Notes: generated from the sequence alone by a model not told the origin. Positions 41,544 through 52,306 are shown, numbered from the whole stretch's first letter. The stretch: 63,947 nucleotides of DNA, filler included, from an uncultured bacterium (GCA_964449065.1; 3 parts of 3 records of this genome joined end to end with filler, not necessarily neighbours in it), one strand, 5' to 3'. Numbers and translations are program-made.

Positions 41544-43367
41544 ATGAACATGCTCGAAAAAAACAAAGCCTTTCTACAACGCTATTTCCCCGGTTTACAG
41601 GAAATCATAGAGTCAACCGGTGCTCTTCAACTATTTGATGCGATTACAGTGGTCGAAGGCAAACGCGGCATTCCAACCGTAAAAGCCTCAATCGAAGGCC
41701 ACTTCCACTTTCTCCACAGCCAATACAATCCCATTCAAGAAGCCGAGCGCTGGGCTGCTTCGAATCCCATACCCAAGCAGGGGATCGTGTGTATGATCGG
41801 CTGGGGGCTTGGGTATCACGCATTGGAATGGATGAAACAGCACGGCGGCAACGCCGATGGGGTCATCATTATCGAGCCGGAACCTCGTTTATTGCTGGAA
41901 TCATTTGCTGTGTTGGATTTAGAGCCGCTCATGAATTCCCCACGGGTGGAATTCGCGGCCGGTTGCGACCCGCATAGGCTGCAAACATCTTTCATGAAAT
42001 TCAATGATATAATCTTAAATCGCGATGTGCATGCCGTCATCCCCCCCTTTGCAGATTTGTATCCAGATCATGTGTTTCAAACCATCCAAACCGAACTGCG
42101 GCGCTTTTACGATTCCAAACAACGAATGCTCAATCATATGCAGGAAATGGGAAACGTATGCCAATCCCACCTCATTCACAACATCCCGGCGATGGCGAAA
42201 GCGCTTTTTCCCAGAGATATCCGCGACCGGCTTTCAAACGAACCGGCTGTCATCGTCGGCGCGGGTCCCTCTTTAAATCACAACATATCCCACTTGAAAG
42301 CGGCACAAACTCATGCCTGGATTTTTGCGGTCGATACCAGCGCCAGAATCCTAATCAAACAAGGGATTGAACCGCATGTTGTTGTCACCAAAGACCCTTC
42401 CGAGCTGAACGCGCGACACTTTGCCGAGTTAATCCTGCCCATGGAAACCCTTCTTGCTTTTGATCCGCAAGTGGTCCCGAACATACCCGACTCCCATGCC
42501 GGTCCATTGCTCTGTATGCCCAATCGAAACCACGAAATTCATAACTATCTGTCCGGCTTGGAACTCACAGAAACGGATTTGCTCCCCTTGAGCAACAATG
42601 TTGCCCTGGCGGCTTTAAATCTGGCCATTGCCGCGGGATGTTCTCCCATCATTTTGACCGGTATGGATTTTTGCTTTGAACAAAACAAATCGCACGCCGA
42701 TGGAAGCGCTTTGCTGTCGGACGTTGCCCTTTCAGAAGACGGTTCTTCACTCGTGTATAAGCGCGGCCATGCGCAAGATACCGTAGCGGCCATCCACGTC
42801 GAAGGCTTAACCGGCCAAAGGCATCCCACAACAAAAAATCTGCATGACGCGTTGCGGTTTTTAGAACAACTGATTCAAACCCAAACCGTTCCCTGTATTG
42901 ATGCCTCGGAAGGCGGGGCGAAAATCGCGGGCACCCAAATCTTGACCTTGCAAGAGGCATTGAACCAGCACGCGCAACACCCCATTTCGCGCGACAATTT
43001 AAGCACGCTTTCTCCCCCGGTCCGGGATAGGAACGCACTCAATCACAGCATTTTGTTGGTTGCAAATCATTTGGATGAATGCAAAAAAACCGCATGGGAA
43101 GCTCTCGAAGTCTTACATGAAGACAGTCAAGCCAATGTATCCTCCTTACAGACCCTGCGTGAAAAAATCGAACGCGGATTCAAAATCTATCACGAACTGC
43201 AAGCCGCGCTGGAACGTCTCATTGTCGAAGTCAATCAGCCGGAATTTTGGAATGAAACCAAAAACCAACCGCAAGATTTGTATCAGCGTTATGAAATGTA
43301 TTTTCATGTGATACACGATGTATGCGAAACCTACGCTGCCGAATTTCGGCAAATAGCACAATCGTAA
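41544..43367 (+). CDS. Motility-associated factor (Maf/DUF115) glycosyltransferase family
   Basis: LHSQYNPIQEA, GWGLGYH, IVGAGPSL, AVDT, PIILTGMDF, DASEGGAKI. Confidence 0.85.
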   Translation: MNMLEKNKAFLQRYFPGLQEIIESTGALQLFDAITVVEGKRGIPTVKASIEGHFHFLHSQYNPIQEAERWAASNPIPKQGIVCMIGWGLGYHALEWMKQHGGNADGVIIIEPEPRLLLESFAVLDLEPLMNSPRVEFAAGCDPHRLQTSFMKFNDIILNRDVHAVIPPFADLYPDHVFQTIQTELRRFYDSKQRMLNHMQEMGNVCQSHLIHNIPAMAKALFPRDIRDRLSNEPAVIVGAGPSLNHNISHLKAAQTHAWIFAVDTSARILIKQGIEPHVVVTKDPSELNARHFAELILPMETLLAFDPQVVPNIPDSHAGPLLCMPNRNHEIHNYLSGLELTETDLLPLSNNVALAALNLAIAAGCSPIILTGMDFCFEQNKSHADGSALLSDVALSEDGSSLVYKRGHAQDTVAAIHVEGLTGQRHPTTKNLHDALRFLEQLIQTQTVPCIDASEGGAKIAGTQILTLQEALNQHAQHPISRDNLSTLSPPVRDRNALNHSILLVANHLDECKKTAWEALEVLHEDSQANVSSLQTLREKIERGFKIYHELQAALERLIVEVNQPEFWNETKNQPQDLYQRYEMYFHVIHDVCETYAAEFRQIAQS

Positions 43368-43371
43368 TGCC

Positions 43372-44580
43372 ATGAAAATTTTATTCTTAAACCACAACTT
43401 AATTTGGCGCGGCTCGTTTTTCCGTTGTTTGGGGTTCGCTCGGGAACTGGTCAAACTAGGACACCGGGTCGATATTTGGACCGTATCCAACCAACACAAT
43501 CCCGATGGCACAATCGAAACAATTGATGGTGTTCGCGTCTGGCAGACGCCCCGTTTAGGAAATCCTGTGAAACACGACGGCGGCTATTCACCTTGGGATA
43601 TTATAAACCGGATGCTTTCCGTTATGGGCTACCAGTGGGATGTGATTCACGCCTTTGAACACCGCCCCAACGTATTTTTACCTTGGATGTGGAAACGGTT
43701 CCTGCGATCCAACTCTTCTTCCACGTTATTTCTTGCCGATTGGAGCGACTGGTGGACGGCGGGCGGCATCATTACCGCGAAACGCCGTTATGCCTGGATG
43801 GACAGAGCTGAACGAGTGCTGGAAGAAAAAAGCAAAGTCTGGGCGGATGGGGTTACCGTAATCAGCCGGCCATTATATGAGCGTGCATTAAATATCGGGA
43901 TTTCACCGGATAATATCGCATGGATCCCTTCCGGTGTCGATGTGGAATCTTTCCCTGTATTGGATAAGCAAGAATCACGAAGAGACGTTGCATTCCCCCA
44001 AGATAAATACATCATGGGATTTGTAGGGTTTTCATTATGGGATATGCAATTGCTGGCGGACATGTTCGAAATCATCTGCCAAAAACGCAACGATATTTGT
44101 CTGGTAGTCATCGGCGGAGGCGTGGAAGAGAAGCAGAAAGATATATTCCGCTCAAAATTTTCTCTTAACAATCAGGTATATCTGCCGGGCGTGGTTCCTT
44201 TTGAAAGCATCCCAAAATGGCTGGCGTGTTGCGATGTATTGCTGCTGCCCTTAGAAGATAACCGGGCGAATCAAGCGCGCTTGCCCAATAAACTTATGGA
44301 TTACTTGGCAGCCGGACGCCCCGTGCTGACCACGAATGTGGGAGACGCGGCACAAATCGTACACCAAAACAATGCCGGCGCGGTTTGTTCCCCCAATGCA
44401 AAGGCCATGGCGCATGAATGTCATACTTTACTCTCGCATCCGGATAGAGTCGAACAATGTGGAAAAAACGCGCGGAAAACCGCCCAAAATCAATTCGCCT
44501 ACTCTCACCTGGCAAAAAAATGGCTTACATTCTACCAAATGCAATTTAAGAAAATAATAATTTCTTCGATAATGTTTTAA
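43372..44580 (+). CDS. GT4 glycosyltransferase
   Basis: PSGVD, PNKLMDYLAAGRPVLTTNVGD. Confidence 0.88.
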   Translation: MKILFLNHNLIWRGSFFRCLGFARELVKLGHRVDIWTVSNQHNPDGTIETIDGVRVWQTPRLGNPVKHDGGYSPWDIINRMLSVMGYQWDVIHAFEHRPNVFLPWMWKRFLRSNSSSTLFLADWSDWWTAGGIITAKRRYAWMDRAERVLEEKSKVWADGVTVISRPLYERALNIGISPDNIAWIPSGVDVESFPVLDKQESRRDVAFPQDKYIMGFVGFSLWDMQLLADMFEIICQKRNDICLVVIGGGVEEKQKDIFRSKFSLNNQVYLPGVVPFESIPKWLACCDVLLLPLEDNRANQARLPNKLMDYLAAGRPVLTTNVGDAAQIVHQNNAGAVCSPNAKAMAHECHTLLSHPDRVEQCGKNARKTAQNQFAYSHLAKKWLTFYQMQFKKIIISSIMF

Positions 44581-44717
44581 CAATCCTTGCAATTCAGGGC
44601 TATTTCATTTAATCTGGATGAAATGTTATGGGTTTTTTTAATTTGTTTTGTTGTATATTGAGGGCAAGCAAAAGTAGATGAAATTCACCGAATATATTTC
44701 GGTGCCCGGAGGGGATA

Positions 44718-45767
44718 ATGCCTAAGAAAAAGTCGTTATGGATGCGTGAAACACCGTGTTTGGCTTGCGAACAAACCATGATCAATTATCAGTTCATGGC
44801 AAAAAGTCAAACGGTAATCTATGACGACTGGCTGGTTTCGCATACCGAACCCATCAGCAATTACGAACCCTACCCGGATGAAATGAAAACAACCGTTTGC
44901 CCCAAATGTCTGACCGCGTCCAATGAATACAGCTTTGGTGTTGATGACTATAAATTGTTTGCCCGCAGTCCGGCAAGACACAACAAAATTGCCGAGTATT
45001 TCCACAATACGGTGGAAGAACGCTTTCAAGTGCTCGCCAATACCTACGAACTATTTCAGAAAGACAGCGCGTTTTTAGACGCGAAAAAGAACTTGCCGCC
45101 GCACACCCGCAGCCGGGCTACCTTCGAAAAAATCTGGCAGAATAAAGATCAATACGGGGTTCCCTTTATGCAAAAAATACTGGAAGAACCCCGCGACCAT
45201 GTAACCTGCTTGGTCTGTATGGCTCTTGACCGCTATTGCCAACTCATCCGCATATCGTTTGACCAGGATACCGAGCCGGATACCTGGGAATGGCCAAAGT
45301 TGAAAAAGACCATTGAGGAAGCCTTTGATTCGGCAAATTTGGAAATGAAAATGACACCCCCGCGGTTTTACAATGTAGGCACCAACTATCTTCAGAGCAT
45401 TATTTTTCTTGAAAAACTCATCAAAGAAATCGGCGATGAAGCAAAAGAACGCCATCAAGGCTTGCTTGAATCGTATTGGGAAGAAGCCTACAAATACATG
45501 AAACTCAGTTACCGGAACGATGATATTTCCTCGATCCCCTGCGAATTGTCGGAAGGCGGCATGAACTTCTTGATGTCCAAATTGCACTTCCGCTTCGGCG
45601 AAGACGAAGCGGCGAAAAAATGCTTGAAATTGGCGAAAAGTTATGCCGACAGAATGAAACGGATATCCAGTAAAACTCAGCAAAAATTTGTGAACGATGT
45701 CGATGATAAATGCAAAGAGGTCTTCGCGGCCGAACACGAAGAAGAAGAGGCAGCCGCGGAAGGCTAA
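44718..45767 (+). CDS. DUF2225-like Zn-ribbon/helical protein
   Basis: CLAC...VCPKC pair at N-terminus; TPR-like helical C-terminus. Confidence 0.55.
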   Translation: MPKKKSLWMRETPCLACEQTMINYQFMAKSQTVIYDDWLVSHTEPISNYEPYPDEMKTTVCPKCLTASNEYSFGVDDYKLFARSPARHNKIAEYFHNTVEERFQVLANTYELFQKDSAFLDAKKNLPPHTRSRATFEKIWQNKDQYGVPFMQKILEEPRDHVTCLVCMALDRYCQLIRISFDQDTEPDTWEWPKLKKTIEEAFDSANLEMKMTPPRFYNVGTNYLQSIIFLEKLIKEIGDEAKERHQGLLESYWEEAYKYMKLSYRNDDISSIPCELSEGGMNFLMSKLHFRFGEDEAAKKCLKLAKSYADRMKRISSKTQQKFVNDVDDKCKEVFAAEHEEEEAAAEG

Positions 45768-45790
45768 CGATTTCGAAACACCATACTATT

Positions 45791-46345
45791 ATGCGCCACC
45801 CAACCATCCTGCTCCCAGATCAAACGGTACTGCTCATTGTCGATTTTCAAGTTCGGATGTTGCCCGCCATGTTCGAACCGGATGTCGCCGCATCCAATGT
45901 CGTAAAACTGGTCAAAGCATTTACCATCCTGCAAATACCCATTCTCGCTTCTGAACAATACCCAAAAGGGCTTGGTCATACCCTTCCGGAACTAAAACAA
46001 GAACTTCCTAACGCAGAAGTGATTGAAAAAATCCATTTCAGCTGCTGCGGAGCGCAAGAAATTTGGGAAGCCATTGAATCCCACAAACGCAAGCAAATAC
46101 TCGTTGTGGGTGTTGAATCTCATGTTTGTGTCTTGCAAACCGTACTCGATCTGCTCCATGCCGGATATCAAGTTCATGTGCCGTTTGACGCCGTGGCCTC
46201 CCGCAATCCCGCCAACAAAGAAAATGCTCTTCAGCGCATGCGTGGCGCCGGAGCGGTCATCACCAATGTTGAGTCGGCGCTGTTTGAATTAATGGCGCGT
46301 GCCGGTACGGATGATTTTAAGCAGATTCAAAAATTGATTATATAG
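45791..46345 (+). CDS. Isochorismatase-family hydrolase
   Basis: LLIVDFQ, SEQYPKGLG, EK..FS, GVESHVCVLQT; start trimmed to ATG 45791. Confidence 0.9.
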   Translation: MRHPTILLPDQTVLLIVDFQVRMLPAMFEPDVAASNVVKLVKAFTILQIPILASEQYPKGLGHTLPELKQELPNAEVIEKIHFSCCGAQEIWEAIESHKRKQILVVGVESHVCVLQTVLDLLHAGYQVHVPFDAVASRNPANKENALQRMRGAGAVITNVESALFELMARAGTDDFKQIQKLII

Positions 46346-46417
46346 CCGATTCCATTCACAACATTCTAAATAAACTATCCTAAACTCATAACACACTCTT
46401 TTGAGGAGGACGCTTCG

Positions 46418-47479
46418 ATGTCTTTATTTTTAGATCGTTTTGCAACACGGGAAAAATATGACCCGGAAGGAATGCTCAAATGCATAGAAGAATTTGTGAA
46501 TCAATGCGCTTTAGCTGAAGAACTCGCCCGTGCTTTCGAGTTACCCGCGGTCAAACACATTCAAAACATCGTAATCTGCGGGATGGGCGGCTCGGCTATC
46601 GGCGGTGACTTGCTTAAAGCCTATACGGTGGATCAAATCAAACTCCCTGTCGAAGTAGTCCGAAACTACAATTTACCGAACTATGTCGATTCGAGAACAT
46701 TGGTGATCGCCAGTTCCTATTCCGGCAATACCGAAGAAGCGATGGAAGGCTACAAAGATGCCAAAAATCGCGGCGCCAAAATCGCGGCAATCACTACCGG
46801 TGGTAAACTGTCGGCTCACTGCAAGCGGGATGGCAATCCTTGTTTGCAAATTCCCGGCGGTCTCTCTCCCCGGGCGGCAACCGGGTATTCCTTTTTTCCA
46901 TTGTTAATCTTTTTCGAACGTTGGGGGCTCATCGAAAACCAAGAGAAAGCGATCCAATCCGTCTATAAGATTTTGGATACCTCCATTAAACAAAACGGCT
47001 ATTTGGTTCCGGAAAGTGAAAACCAAGCGAAACAGTTGGCGCAAAAACTGCACGGTAACCTGCCGGTTATTTACGCCGATCAACGCCACTTTTATCCCAT
47101 TGGTGCCCGCTGGCGCGGCCAAATGAACGAAAACGCCAAACACTTCGCGCACGATTCCATTTTGCCGGAAATGAACCACAATGAAATCCTAGGCTGGAAA
47201 AATCCTTCCCCTATTCTCAAGAAAACCCACGTGATTTATCTGCTGGATAAAGGCATCCACAAGCAAACGCACAAGCGTTTCGAAATCATGAAAAGTATTA
47301 TCAACGAATATACGGACGGTATCACCGAAGTCCATTCCCAAGGCTCTACTTTGCTTGCCAGAATGTTCTCCACCATCAACTTCGGCGATTTTGTCAGCTG
47401 CTATTTGGCGTTTTTAAACAAACAAGAGCCCACTCCAATCCCTGCAATCGATTACCTGAAAGGCGAATTGGCGGGATAA
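46418..47479 (+). CDS. Bifunctional phosphoglucose/phosphomannose isomerase (SIS)
   Basis: GMGGSAIGG, SYSGNTEE, SPRAA, QMNENAK, PEMNHNE. Confidence 0.9.
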   Translation: MSLFLDRFATREKYDPEGMLKCIEEFVNQCALAEELARAFELPAVKHIQNIVICGMGGSAIGGDLLKAYTVDQIKLPVEVVRNYNLPNYVDSRTLVIASSYSGNTEEAMEGYKDAKNRGAKIAAITTGGKLSAHCKRDGNPCLQIPGGLSPRAATGYSFFPLLIFFERWGLIENQEKAIQSVYKILDTSIKQNGYLVPESENQAKQLAQKLHGNLPVIYADQRHFYPIGARWRGQMNENAKHFAHDSILPEMNHNEILGWKNPSPILKKTHVIYLLDKGIHKQTHKRFEIMKSIINEYTDGITEVHSQGSTLLARMFSTINFGDFVSCYLAFLNKQEPTPIPAIDYLKGELAG

Positions 47480-47624
47480 TACCCATTACAATTCAAATGG
47501 CCCGGTAAGCACTGCAATAAGCCTCCATGAAAAAAAGACGTGGACGTAGCGGTTTTCTTTCTCAGCAATCCTATTTAAAATTGGGATAAATTCATCCATA
47601 TCATTCCATACAAGGTAATTCATC

Positions 47625-49217
47625 GTGACTGATTTCATCCCTTCCAAACCCATCAAACACTTACGCGAACTCTTTCAAGAAGACCCCAACCGTGCGGAAA
47701 AATACTCGCTGGAAGCGTGCGGTATCTTTTTGGATTACTCCAAAAACCACATCAACGATGAGGTGATGGATTTTCTTTTCGGACTGGCAAAAAAAGCAAA
47801 CGTACAGCAAAAAATTGAGGACATGTTTACGGGCAAACGCATCAACCCCACCGAAAACCGGGCCGTATTGCATACCGCGCTGCGAACCCGTTCGAGTGAT
47901 CCCATCATCCCCGAAGGCGAACACGAAGATGTCATCCCCAAAATAAAAGCCGCGCGAAACAAAATGGAAAGATTCTCCAACAAAATCCGCGGCGGTGAGT
48001 GGAAGGGACATACCGGCAGGCCGATCCAAACCCTCGTCAACATCGGCATCGGCGGATCGGACCTGGGCCCGGTGATGGCCTATGAAGCCCTGAGACGCTA
48101 CAGCCGCCGCGACCTCACCTTCCGCTTCGTCTCAAATGTGGACGGCACTCACCTTGCTGAGTCCTTATTAGGTCTCGACCCGGAAGAAACACTGTTCATC
48201 ATCGCCAGCAAAACCTTTACCACGCAGGAAACCATGACCAACGCGTTTTCCGCCCGCGAATGGTTTTTAAAAGCGCTGGGGGACGACTCGTCCGTATCCA
48301 AACACTTTGTCGCCCTCTCCACCAACCGTGAACAAGTCGCGGCATTCGGTATTGACGCGGACAACAACATGTTCGAGTTTTGGGATTGGGTCGGCGGGCG
48401 CTACAGCCTGCCTTCCGCCATTGGGCTGCCGCTGATGATTGCCATCGGCCCGGATAACTTCAACCGCATGTTGGACGGCTATTCTGATATGGACGAACAC
48501 TTCCGCCGGTCCGCGCCGGAACAAAACCTTCCGGTGATTCTCGCCCTGATCGGGATATGGTATAACGATTCCCTGGGCGCCGAGTCGTACGCGGTGCTGC
48601 CGTATGACCAGTATTTGCACCGCTTTCCCGCCTACTTGCAGCAGCTCGATATGGAATCCAACGGGAAATCAACCACGATAGACGGCCAGAGCGTCGAAGG
48701 GCAAACCGGCCCCATCGTGTGGGGAGAGCCGGGAACCAACGGACAACACGCGTTCTATCAGCTCCTGCATCAAGGAACCAAGCTGGTGCCCGCGGATTTC
48801 ATCGGCTTCGCCCAAAGCCTGAACCCGCTTGGTGACCACCATGATAAACTGATGGCCAACTTCTTCGCGCAAACCGAAGCGCTGGCGTTTGGAAAAACCA
48901 CGGCAGAACTGATCCGCGAAGGGGTGCCGGAGGCGTTGATTCCACACAAAACCTTTGCGGGCAACCGCCCCACCAACACCATCATGGCGGATACACTGTG
49001 TCCCGCGACATTGGGCAAATTGATCGCGCTGTATGAACACAAAGTATTTGTGCAGGGGGTAATTTGGAACATCAACAGCTTCGACCAATACGGCGTGGAA
49101 CTCGGTAAAGTCTTGGCGAAAAAAATCCTGCCGGAACTAGGCCAAGATCAATCCACCGAACTCCATCACGATACCTCGACCAACCAACTGATTGAGTGGT
49201 ATAGGAAGAAGAAGTGA
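47625..49217 (+). CDS. pgi: Glucose-6-phosphate isomerase
   Basis: [53 protein letters not shown]. Confidence 0.97.
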   Translation: MTDFIPSKPIKHLRELFQEDPNRAEKYSLEACGIFLDYSKNHINDEVMDFLFGLAKKANVQQKIEDMFTGKRINPTENRAVLHTALRTRSSDPIIPEGEHEDVIPKIKAARNKMERFSNKIRGGEWKGHTGRPIQTLVNIGIGGSDLGPVMAYEALRRYSRRDLTFRFVSNVDGTHLAESLLGLDPEETLFIIASKTFTTQETMTNAFSAREWFLKALGDDSSVSKHFVALSTNREQVAAFGIDADNNMFEFWDWVGGRYSLPSAIGLPLMIAIGPDNFNRMLDGYSDMDEHFRRSAPEQNLPVILALIGIWYNDSLGAESYAVLPYDQYLHRFPAYLQQLDMESNGKSTTIDGQSVEGQTGPIVWGEPGTNGQHAFYQLLHQGTKLVPADFIGFAQSLNPLGDHHDKLMANFFAQTEALAFGKTTAELIREGVPEALIPHKTFAGNRPTNTIMADTLCPATLGKLIALYEHKVFVQGVIWNINSFDQYGVELGKVLAKKILPELGQDQSTELHHDTSTNQLIEWYRKKK

Positions 49218-49397
49218 GTATCGAAATTGCATTATTTCACCCAAATGATGATTGACTACCGTTTAAAAAGGGGGTGGAGTGTAGACCAAATGTTTGAGTA
49301 CATTTTTATGTATTGAACGGCGTTTAATCCTTACTATTGTAATCTCACATACTAGAGCAATTCAGGTTTGCGTAGGTAGAAAGAGATCGTCTTTGAT

Positions 49398-49418
49398 CCC
49401 CCCTTAATAAGGGGGCAA
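49398..49418. repeat. Palindrome CCCCCCTTAATAAGGGGG
   Basis: CCCCCTT/AAGGGGG stem; related to the 28776 copy. Confidence 0.5.
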
Positions 49419-49507
49419 CAACGACAGATTCTGTCTATCCAACTCTGAAATCCGCTAAAAGGTCCGTTTCAAATGGATGAAATGCGTTCCGCCATATCAA
49501 AGGTAAA

Positions 49508-50488
49508 ATGAAAATAGAATTTCTAAATCAAATCTCCACAAATCAATTATCACAGGCCTTCAAACGTTTTCAGAAAAACCGCGCGGGCAAAGCGGTCGGC
49601 TATCTGGCGGAAAAAGGCATAGCCAAGTTCCATTGTGACCGGATGTTGAAATGGATCGAAAAAGCGCATTCGAACTCTTCCGTTCACGCGCTGATAAAAA
49701 CCGGTGAAATTCAAGCGATTTTTGGTACTAACCAATCCGTCTGGCATGAAGAAATCTATGGCTATCCCTACTATAAAATCAATCCCTTCTTTGTGTTTGA
49801 TGAAAATCCAATCCATACACAAGAAATCATTCAACATCTAATCAGTACGTTTGATGAAGCGGGTTCGGTGTATACGCTGCGGGTGGACGCCCAGCAGCAC
49901 CATGTAGCCTATGAACTAACCCGGCAAGGGTTTGTCTTTGTCGGAACTTCCATCCGCTATAATTTGGGGGAAGATAAATTTAAGAATCATCCCCTTTTAG
50001 ATGAAAAAACTAACAATTCTCTCACAATTCGTGATTATGATTCTATTGACCTGGAAGCCGTACAGCAGATCGCCAAAGCCGGACACCGCCACAGCCACTT
50101 TTTTCACGAAGCGCGGTTTCCGTTTGAAAAGACGCAAGAATTGTTCACGGGATGGATTGAGCGATGCGCGGGAGGGCAATCCGCCAAGATGTGGATTGCC
50201 GAAAACCAAGAACACATTGTGGGGTTTGCAACCTGTTTGTTTAACACGGCTCTTCATCCTTACATCGGTAAAAAAATCGGGATCATTGATTTCATCGTTG
50301 TCGATCCCTCCGCCCAAGGTCTTGGTGTCGGCAAACAACTGTTACAGCATGTATTGCAGTGGTTCACCGGCCAAGTAGATGATGTGGAACTGAGAACGAT
50401 GGCAGATAATCTGCAAGCGGTACGGTTTTATGAAAAACACAGGTTCCGAATTTTATCATCGGATCATCATTTTCATCTTTGGAAATAA
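49508..50488 (+). CDS. GNAT N-acetyltransferase (WecD-like)
   Basis: SHFFHEARF, VDPSAQGLGVGKQL, NLQAVRFYEK. Confidence 0.8.
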   Translation: MKIEFLNQISTNQLSQAFKRFQKNRAGKAVGYLAEKGIAKFHCDRMLKWIEKAHSNSSVHALIKTGEIQAIFGTNQSVWHEEIYGYPYYKINPFFVFDENPIHTQEIIQHLISTFDEAGSVYTLRVDAQQHHVAYELTRQGFVFVGTSIRYNLGEDKFKNHPLLDEKTNNSLTIRDYDSIDLEAVQQIAKAGHRHSHFFHEARFPFEKTQELFTGWIERCAGGQSAKMWIAENQEHIVGFATCLFNTALHPYIGKKIGIIDFIVVDPSAQGLGVGKQLLQHVLQWFTGQVDDVELRTMADNLQAVRFYEKHRFRILSSDHHFHLWK

Positions 50489-50583
50489 TCGGTTTTTGTG
50501 TTAAGATACGGAAATATTTTTGTGTTGCTATACTATTTTGGATAAGAGGTGTGCATATCCTGTAATAAAGGCAGGTTGCGAAG

Positions 50584-51159
50584 ATGAGTGTGTCGGTCAG
50601 TCCACTGTTGCAGCACCGGGTCTTGGTTTTAAACGCGAGTTTTGAAGCCATTAATATCTGTACGGCAAAACGGGCGCTGAAACTCTTATTGTCTGAAAAA
50701 GCATGCATGGTCGAGCACAACGGCCATGAAATCCGTGCGGAACGAATTTGCTTTCGGCTGCCAGAAGTTATCCGTTTGAAAAATTATATCCAGCTTCCAT
50801 ACCGTCCGATTCCGTATTCACGCAAAAACATCCTGTTGCGTGATGATTATACCTGCCAATATTGCGCGGAACCGTTTGATTCGGACGAATTGACTCTGGA
50901 TCATATTCTTCCGGTATCCCGCGGCGGGAAAGATTCGTGGACGAATGTGGTGGCCGCCTGTAAGGATTGCAACCACACCAAAGGCAACCGCTTGCCCGAA
51001 GAAGCCGGCATGAAACTTCTCCGTCCAGCCAAAAAACCGGGATTGCCTTCCTTCCTGCATTTGGTACGGTTGATGGGAAAACAGCGCGAGATTTGGCGTA
51101 AATATTTGTACTATGACGAAATGCCTGCCCCTGAGGATGTTGCCGCCCGCCAAAACTGA
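50584..51159 (+). CDS. Standalone HNH endonuclease
   Basis: VLVLNASFE, RDDYTCQYC, TLDHILPVSRGG, NVVAACKDCNHTKG. Confidence 0.92.
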   Translation: MSVSVSPLLQHRVLVLNASFEAINICTAKRALKLLLSEKACMVEHNGHEIRAERICFRLPEVIRLKNYIQLPYRPIPYSRKNILLRDDYTCQYCAEPFDSDELTLDHILPVSRGGKDSWTNVVAACKDCNHTKGNRLPEEAGMKLLRPAKKPGLPSFLHLVRLMGKQREIWRKYLYYDEMPAPEDVAARQN

Positions 51160-51179
51160 AATATAATGTACAATACGCT

Positions 51180-51240
51180 ATTGGTAATGGAAAATGGACA
51201 TGGAGTAATTTTCCATTACCAATTGTCCATTTTCCATTAC
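51180..51240. repeat. Overlapping inverted repeats built from AATGGA/TCCATT units
   Basis: 51180-51195 pairs with 51208-51223 (16 bp); 51184-51200 pairs with 51224-51240 (17 bp). Confidence 0.85.
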
Positions 51241-51243
51241 AAT

Positions 51244-51317
51244 GCGCCTGTAGCTCAGTTGGATAGAGCACATGGTTCCGGTCCATGGTGTCAGGGGTTC
51301 GAATCCCTTCAGGCGTA
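51244..51317 (+). tRNA. tRNA-Arg (CCG), CCA not encoded
   Basis: Acceptor GCGCCTG/CAGGCGT, D-arm GCTC/GAGC, anticodon stem CATGG/CCATG with loop TTCCGGT, T-loop GTTCGAATC. Confidence 0.96.
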
Positions 51318-51824
51318 TTATTCTTCTCTATTCAACTCGGATTGATGTTCGTGCACAACAACCCATTCGCCTCGTTTTTGTTTGAATACCCAAGTCACAC
51401 GCAGTTGAATCGTTTCAATCAAAAAGTCATCTTCTTTCTGAAACTTTTCCCGCTTTAAATGATAACAAACAACCGCCAAATCATTCGTAGTTTGCATGTG
51501 AAAGTTGGTGGGAGTATGGGTATAATAGTGGTCGCTATGGTATTTGTAGTAATGTTCTAACCGGCGGGCACCCTCTATCACAGCATCTTTCACAAGAAAC
51601 TGCTGTATCGTTCCCAAATCGTTTACGTTTTTCAAACGTTGATCAACGATGTCATCCGCTTCCACAAACTGAAGTTTGTTGTAAAGGCTGTAGTAGTTTT
51701 GAATCAGCTCAATCACTTTGGCTTGAACTTTATCCCGTTCATACGCCAAAATCAAAATGGGTGAAAGTCCAATAAAGACAGTCAATGGAAATAACAATAG
51801 CCGAAATCGTTTCTTGTTTTTCAT
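51318..51824 (-). CDS. Membrane-anchored NTF2/SnoaL-like protein
   Basis: N-terminal TM; RVTWVFKQKRGEWVVVHEHQS. Confidence 0.7.
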   Translation of the reverse strand: MKNKKRFRLLLFPLTVFIGLSPILILAYERDKVQAKVIELIQNYYSLYNKLQFVEADDIVDQRLKNVNDLGTIQQFLVKDAVIEGARRLEHYYKYHSDHYYTHTPTNFHMQTTNDLAVVCYHLKREKFQKEDDFLIETIQLRVTWVFKQKRGEWVVVHEHQSELNREE

Positions 51825-51847
51825 GGAAGCCTATAGACACGACAAAA

Positions 51848-52306
51848 TCAGTTCACTTTGCCATGATGCAGATGAACAAATGTCCACCGGTTATTTTCTT
51901 TTTTAACGATGGCTGTCACTATGGATTTACTGTTTTCTCGATTTGTTTCATTCGATTTTCTCAACACATAGGTCACTATCGCAGAACGACCGGCTAACCG
52001 TATATCAAAATCAAAGGCATAATAATGCATTTCGTTATTTTGTGGAAAGCCGGCAACTGTTCCCGCATCCTTTTCCAAATAGATGTGAAGCGGTTTCCCA
52101 TTTTCCTCGAAAACGGTCATAGCAGGGGATAAATACTTGGAAACGCTTTTCCATTCCTGCCGGTTCACGAGCCGGTAAAACTCTTGTACAGCCTGTATGG
52201 CTTCTTCTTTCAATTCATGAGTATCAGCGGATACAGCCCAATACTGTACGGTTGGAATAAATATTCCTATCCCAAAAAGAATCAAAACCACGATGCCTTT
52301 CCGCAT
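51848..52306 (-). CDS. Membrane-anchored NTF2/SnoaL-like protein
   Basis: N-terminal TM; TAIVKKENNRWTFVHLHHG; GGAG RBS before ATG 52306. Confidence 0.7.
   Translation of the reverse strand: MRKGIVVLILFGIGIFIPTVQYWAVSADTHELKEEAIQAVQEFYRLVNRQEWKSVSKYLSPAMTVFEENGKPLHIYLEKDAGTVAGFPQNNEMHYYAFDFDIRLAGRSAIVTYVLRKSNETNRENSKSIVTAIVKKENNRWTFVHLHHGKVN

Noticed and set aside
50584..51159. HNH as an IscB/Cas9-like RNA-guided nuclease partnered with the structured RNA
   Set aside because: No RuvC motifs or PLMP start; it looks like the common standalone HNH family and is separated from the RNA by a tRNA and two genes. A link cannot be supported without co-occurrence data
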